DNA from: Candidatus Fermentithermobacillaceae bacterium
GTDB lineage: Bacteria > Bacillota > Sulfobacillia > Fermentithermobacillales > DUSS01
Length of the DNA stretch: 64,000 nucleotides
Direction of reading: 5' to 3'
Assembly (NCBI GenBank): GCA_014896535.1
Contig: JADBKE010000008.1
Location: 118,438 to 182,437 of the forward strand
Shown piece after piece: positions 60,072-64,000 of the stretch (its first letter is position 1; each line of letters opens with the position of its first letter). The position numbers and the translations under genes are program-made. The notes beneath the pieces were generated by a model. It had not been told where the DNA came from and searched no databases. It worked only from the letters and a program-made list of their open reading frames with translations.

Positions 60072-61820
60072 TCACGTGCGCGACTTCCCGGCCTCCGAAG
60101 CAAAAAGCCGGGCAAACTCGCCATCTCGCTTCAAAAGTTCCGCCGGAGACCCTGCCTCCTGGATCACACCGTCGCCAAGGACGAATACGTGGTCGGCGAA
60201 CTTGACGGTGCTCAGGCGATGCGAAAAGAGAACGACAGCTGAACGCTCTTTGGCAGCTCTCAGAGCGGCCAGAACCCGTTGCTCCGCGTGTCCATCCAGC
60301 GCAGACGTTGGTTCGTCTGCCACCAGGATGTCGGGGCGCCTGTAGAGAGCGCGCATGAGGGCGATCCGCTGCTGCTGACCAATGGAAAGCCTGTTGCCCC
60401 GTTCCCCGACGTCGGTCTCCAAACCCTCTGGTAACTCGGCAATCAGATCGGGGTCTACCAGGGATATGACTTCGCCAAGCCTCTTCTCGTCCAGGTCCTC
60501 GCCCAGCAGGATGTTCTCTGCAACCGTTCCGCTGACCAACATTGGTTCCTGAAAAACCGCCGCCACAGATGGCCTGCCATCCATCTCATCACCGAAACCC
60601 TCGATTTGGACCGCGCCGGTTTTAGGCGCATACAGGCCCAACAGTATCTTTGCCAGGGTGCTTTTCCCTTCGCCGCTTGCTCCGACAACCGCAACCGCCT
60701 GACCAAACGGAATGTCAAAGGATACTCCGTTGAGGACGTTCTCCTCTTTGTAGGCAAAGGTGATGCCGTCTATTTTGACCCGTCTCTGACCAGCAGCATC
60801 AGGAATTATCTTAATGCCCGGCACATTGCACGACTGCGCCATGTTCTTGACCTGCTCAACTCTCTCTAACGCCACTAAGCCTTGACGGATCATATTCCCG
60901 AAACGACTCAGTTCGAGAACCGGAGCGTAAAACCTCTGCAGGTAACTCCATGCTATCAGCACGCTCCCCGGGCTGAGAGATCCGTGTAAGACCCCGTATA
61001 TGGTCAGACCTAGCGCGAATGAAAGTCCTAGAGCCTGAAGCGCCCTTACAGAGAGCCAGTAAACACCAGCTAATCTCGACTGCGACTTTTGGATAGCGAA
61101 CCTTGTTTCGCAGGTTTTTCGTATGCGGCCAAACTGGTATCCTCGTCTGTCGAAAATCCGAAACATCGCTGCTGCCCAGAGGGACTCCTGCAACATACTT
61201 GTGAGAATGCCGTTCTGCGTTCGGTCAAGTCGAGTTAGCCTCTCCGTCGCGTCGTTATACCACCTGGTCAGGTAATACAAGGGGAAAGTCAGCAGCAGTA
61301 TTCCCAGACCAATAGCCCAGTTCCAGTACAAGAACAGGGCCAGAATCCACATGAGCTCGAAGACACCTACCACGAAGCCTATAAGAGGCGCAGTGATGGC
61401 CCTTTGAACGGAGTCGACATCGCTCGTTAATGTGGCCAACACATCACCGGATGGCCTCGATTCGAGCTCTCTCAAGGAACACTGGTGTATGGCTCTGGCA
61501 CCTTCCATGCGGCAATTGTGTGCCAATTTCATACCTAACAAGGTCGACGAATATCCGTAGACATTGGAAACGGCACCCGACACGACGTAGACGATGATAA
61601 CCGACAAGAGGACGAGATACGGCTTGTCCCGACCGGTGATGTCCAGCCATATCCTGGTCAATCCTTGCTGGGTAGCCGGTGATCCTGCCAGACAGTCCAC
61701 CAAGGCCCCGACTCCCTGTATGGGCATTATATTGAGGAGCCCATTCAACGCCGCAAGAGCCAACGTCACGAGGAACAGATACAGCGGAGCACCAGATAGA
61801 CGCCTGAACTTCCTGAGCAT
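60072..61820 (-). CDS. ABC exporter, fused permease-ATPase (homodimeric type)
   Basis: N-terminal 6-TM. Walker A GASGEGKST, signature LSIGQQQR, Walker [14 protein letters not shown]-loop FSHRLS. ATG at 61820 (RBS AGGGGG) or GTG at 61841. Confidence 0.85.
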   Translation of the reverse strand: MLRKFRRLSGAPLYLFLVTLALAALNGLLNIMPIQGVGALVDCLAGSPATQQGLTRIWLDITGRDKPYLVLLSVIIVYVVSGAVSNVYGYSSTLLGMKLAHNCRMEGARAIHQCSLRELESRPSGDVLATLTSDVDSVQRAITAPLIGFVVGVFELMWILALFLYWNWAIGLGILLLTFPLYYLTRWYNDATERLTRLDRTQNGILTSMLQESLWAAAMFRIFDRRGYQFGRIRKTCETRFAIQKSQSRLAGVYWLSVRALQALGLSFALGLTIYGVLHGSLSPGSVLIAWSYLQRFYAPVLELSRFGNMIRQGLVALERVEQVKNMAQSCNVPGIKIIPDAAGQRRVKIDGITFAYKEENVLNGVSFDIPFGQAVAVVGASGEGKSTLAKILLGLYAPKTGAVQIEGFGDEMDGRPSVAAVFQEPMLVSGTVAENILLGEDLDEKRLGEVISLVDPDLIAELPEGLETDVGERGNRLSIGQQQRIALMRALYRRPDILVADEPTSALDGHAEQRVLAALRAAKERSAVVLFSHRLSTVKFADHVFVLGDGVIQEAGSPAELLKRDGEFARLFASEAGKSRT

Positions 61821-62214
61821 TGAGCTATAACCCCCTTGCACGGGTAATCAACACAGGCTGCGCTGCTTGGCCGCACGACCCCGAGATATTCGGCGCGATC
61901 CCATTAAATTCCTTGGGAACCGTCCGGTGAAGGCGCAGCCGAAACTTGTCCCACGAACTCTACCTTTTCATCCCGTTAGCGCGTTTGTTATGCTGTAGGG
62001 AGCTACCAACCGCGCGAACGAGCAGGAACCGGTACCCATGCATCGAATACCGGATCAGACCCCGGAGAAAAGAAGAAGCCGTTCAGCCCTACCGCGGCAG
62101 GCCCATGGGGTTTCCAGAGCCTCTAGGCGGTCCTGCAGGTGGACAACGCAGGTCAGCTCGTGCGGCGACAGGCGCAGTTGATTTCCGGGGTGGTGACGGC
62201 TGGGTGGTGGCCGC

Positions 62215-62976
62215 ATGATTCAGAGCGTACATAAGATCGCTCAAGCGCTAATACAGTCGCGTTACTCGGTAGCTCTCACGGGGGCGGGCATCTCCACGGA
62301 GAGCGGTGTGCCTGACTTCCGCGGCCAGAACGGACTGTGGCAGAACGAGGACGCGGTGGAGCTTCTGAGCTTGACAACCCTGTACGGCGACCCCCAGCGG
62401 TTCTATTCCAAAGGGCTCAGCCTCCTCCAGGTCTTCCGAGGGAAAAGCCCCAATGCCGCTCACCGGGCCCTGGCTCGGTTGGAAGAGCTCGGTCTCATAA
62501 GGTGCGTCATCACCCAAAACATAGACGGTCTTCACCAGGCTGCGGGCTCTCAGAATGTCCTGGAAATCCACGGGAACCTTCGAACTTCCAGTTGCGTTAT
62601 CTGCCATGCCGTTTTCCCCTTCGAATTTGTGGAAAAGGCCGCGTCCGAAGGCCAAATTCCCCCGAAATGCCCCAGGTGCGGCGGAACCGTCAGGCCGGAC
62701 GTGGTCTTTTTCGGAGACGACATGACTCCGGATTTCGGTCGGGCCGTAGAAGAATGTTCCCGCGCCGACTTCATGCTCATCGTCGGTTCGAGTTTGCAGG
62801 TCGCACCAGCAGCTTACCTGCCTGGAATGGTCCCTCGCATCGCCATAATCAACCTGGACGAAACCCCGTACGACGAACGCGCGGAGGTTGTGATACACGC
62901 GAAAGCCGGGGCTGTCCTACCCGAAGTGGTGAGGCTCGTGGAGGAGGATCCGGCTCTTAAACGCTGGGAACATTAG
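62215..62976 (+). CDS. cobB: NAD-dependent protein deacylase, Sir2/CobB family
   Basis: GAGISTESGVPDFRG NAD-binding motif, catalytic His (HGN), Zn ribbon CxxC...CxxC (CVICH...CPRCGG). 253 aa. Confidence 0.9.
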   Translation: MIQSVHKIAQALIQSRYSVALTGAGISTESGVPDFRGQNGLWQNEDAVELLSLTTLYGDPQRFYSKGLSLLQVFRGKSPNAAHRALARLEELGLIRCVITQNIDGLHQAAGSQNVLEIHGNLRTSSCVICHAVFPFEFVEKAASEGQIPPKCPRCGGTVRPDVVFFGDDMTPDFGRAVEECSRADFMLIVGSSLQVAPAAYLPGMVPRIAIINLDETPYDERAEVVIHAKAGAVLPEVVRLVEEDPALKRWEH

Positions 62977-62993
62977 GTGCGAGTCTCGCTTAC

Positions 62994-63842
62994 TTATCCC
63001 CCCTGCGCTTCGAACCGCCTCGTTCCCCGAGCCCATAGAACCCGGGAAATGATGAATAGTGCCGCAACCCACAAGTACTCCTCCCTAAGGAGCTCAAGCA
63101 TCTGGTCAAGGGAGATGCGGCCGGTAATAACCGAAACCGGAACGTATAACATGTACTTGGACGGTAGCACCCGACCTACAGAGCCAAGTACCCCCGGCAA
63201 AAGATCGTTGGGCACTATTGCGCCAGAGAAGAACATAAACACCTCAACCACAAGGTCCCTCAGCGTGTCGATCTTGCCTATCCAGAAAGCCAGGCTCGCA
63301 CAGATGAACTGCACCAGATACCAAATGAGAAACCCTCCAGCTACGATCCCCGAGAGAATGGCCAGTCGCAGGGGCTCGAGAGAGACGGGTAAGTCCCAGA
63401 TGAACGCCGCGAGCCGGTATATCAGAACTGCTACAGGCAAATAGACTGCCACAGGCCCGGCGCATTTCCCGAGAAGCAAAAGCTGATAATCAAGGGGACG
63501 CGCCAGGTACGATCCGAGATTCCCGCTGTTGATGTCCTGCCATACGAACCAAGCTACGGGTGACGCCTGATGTACCACCAGGGAAACGAGCTGAACCGCC
63601 AGATAATATGAAACGAGCCCGGAAAAGGTATATCCGCCTAGAAGAGTAGAAGTTCCAAACACAACCCGCCATACTACCAAAGTAACGAGCATCGTAATGG
63701 GAATGAAGGCGGCGGAAGCCAAGAAGTCCAGCGAGTACTCACGCATCCGCTTTATGCGAAGTACGAGGGCGCTTCTGGCCACCAGCAGGTCCTTTACCAA
63801 GGACGGCCTGGCCCGAAGGATAGGACTTACCCCCGGGTTCAT
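62994..63842 (-). CDS. ABC-2-type transporter permease (6 TM)
   Basis: About 282 aa from the ATG at 63842 (RBS GGGAGGTG), six hydrophobic helices, ABC-2 permease-like. The track start at 63854 is a GTG extension. Confidence 0.55.
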   Translation of the reverse strand: MNPGVSPILRARPSLVKDLLVARSALVLRIKRMREYSLDFLASAAFIPITMLVTLVVWRVVFGTSTLLGGYTFSGLVSYYLAVQLVSLVVHQASPVAWFVWQDINSGNLGSYLARPLDYQLLLLGKCAGPVAVYLPVAVLIYRLAAFIWDLPVSLEPLRLAILSGIVAGGFLIWYLVQFICASLAFWIGKIDTLRDLVVEVFMFFSGAIVPNDLLPGVLGSVGRVLPSKYMLYVPVSVITGRISLDQMLELLREEYLWVAALFIISRVLWARGTRRFEAQGG

Positions 63843-63945
63843 CCCGAGATCCACCTCCCGAACAGCTCATAGCTCCCGATCGCCTCTCCGGTGTCGTTCG
63901 TTTCAAAACTCCCCCAAGATTCACCCTCCGAACGACTCATAGCTC
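63840..63945. repeat. About 35-bp imperfect direct repeat (63840-63875 and 63911-63945) spanning a permease gene junction
   Basis: Minus-sense GAGCTATGAGTCGTTCGGAGGGTGAATCTTGGGGG versus GAGCTATGAGCTGTTCGGGAGGTGGATCTCGGGAT. Copy 1 covers the last codons of the upstream gene. Copy 2 provides the RBS and ATG of the downstream permease. Confidence 0.6.
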
Positions 63946-64000
63946 GACACCATCACGGCCCACAGCCTGAGGACGATAAAAGCCCACAGGAATGCGAGCG
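63921..64000 (-). CDS. C-terminal end of a membrane (likely paralogous ABC-2 permease) gene running off the window
   Basis: Minus-strand frame reads ...LAFLWAFIVLRLWAVMVSSYESFGG-stop with the stop at 63921. It continues past position 64000. Confidence 0.4.
   Translation of the reverse strand, partial: LAFLWAFIVLRLWAVMVSSYESFGG

Noticed and set aside
62215-62976. Sir2 gene as a possible antiphage (Thoeris/DSR-type) effector
   Set aside because: It has the canonical CobB-type NAD-binding motif GAGIS(T)ESGxPDFR, the catalytic His and a CxxC...CxxC zinc ribbon. It is small (253 aa) with no sensor or partner genes, so it is treated as an ordinary protein deacylase.
1-64000. CRISPR arrays, rRNA and tRNA genes
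   Set aside because: No regularly spaced direct repeats, no rRNA-like segments and no convincing tRNA T-arm/anticodon stem structures were seen in the intergenic regions. A tRNA scan by software would be needed to be certain.

Overview
This 64 kb window is high-GC DNA with Firmicutes/Clostridia-type gene order; long antisense ORFs throughout are GC artefacts. Most of it is densely packed housekeeping and catabolic genes, with two accessory stretches (about 42.6-50.7 kb and 50.7-59.9 kb) holding the unusual content. No rRNA, tRNA or CRISPR array was recognised.

Gene content, left to right:
- 150-458: a decayed ABC-ATPase fragment.
- 503-4318: a heterodimeric ABC exporter pair with one degenerate ATP site.
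- 4346-10486: a Gpt-like phosphoribosyltransferase, a D-aminoacylase, and a minus-strand cluster of tyrosine phenol-lyase/tryptophanase-family lyase, kbl and tdh. The tdh leader is long and ends in a hairpin plus U-run.
- 10784-11758: a DRG/TGS-type GTPase with a non-canonical G3 motif.
- 12554-24383: addA/addB, an amino-acid ABC importer (ATPase, permease, binding protein) and RNase J.
- 24851-30356: a stress/membrane segment ending in an orphan translationally coupled pair of Mrp/NuoL-family antiporter-like subunits (26447-30356). The second subunit has an unusually long amphipathic C-terminal extension. This is the best candidate for an undescribed module.
- 30372-42443: nfo, then the conserved pnp-rpsO-ribF-truB-nrnA-rbfA-DUF503-infB-ylxR-nusA-rimP block. 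The rimP leader carries a promoter followed by a terminator-like hairpin.
- 42.6-50.0 kb accessory stretch: an overlapping MNT/HEPN toxin-antitoxin pair, a tandem-GNAT protein, a PNP/UDP-family phosphorylase plus a tandem YfbR-like HD phosphohydrolase whose first HD copy is degenerate, a patatin-like lipase, a GT4 glycosyltransferase, and an 800 bp ORF-poor tract.
- 50.7-59.9 kb island, compositionally distinct (G-rich coding strand, lower GC in the transporter genes): a PRD/EIIB/EIIA regulator, an ascorbate-family PTS (EIIC, class-II aldolase, EIIB, EIIA) with no UlaD/UlaE, a truncated XRE regulator, a frameshifted ISL3 transposase, and an intact IS256-family element nested in its 3' end.
- 60072-64000: an ABC exporter, a canonical Sir2 deacetylase, and ABC-2-type permeases. 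The last gene junction carries a 35 bp direct repeat.
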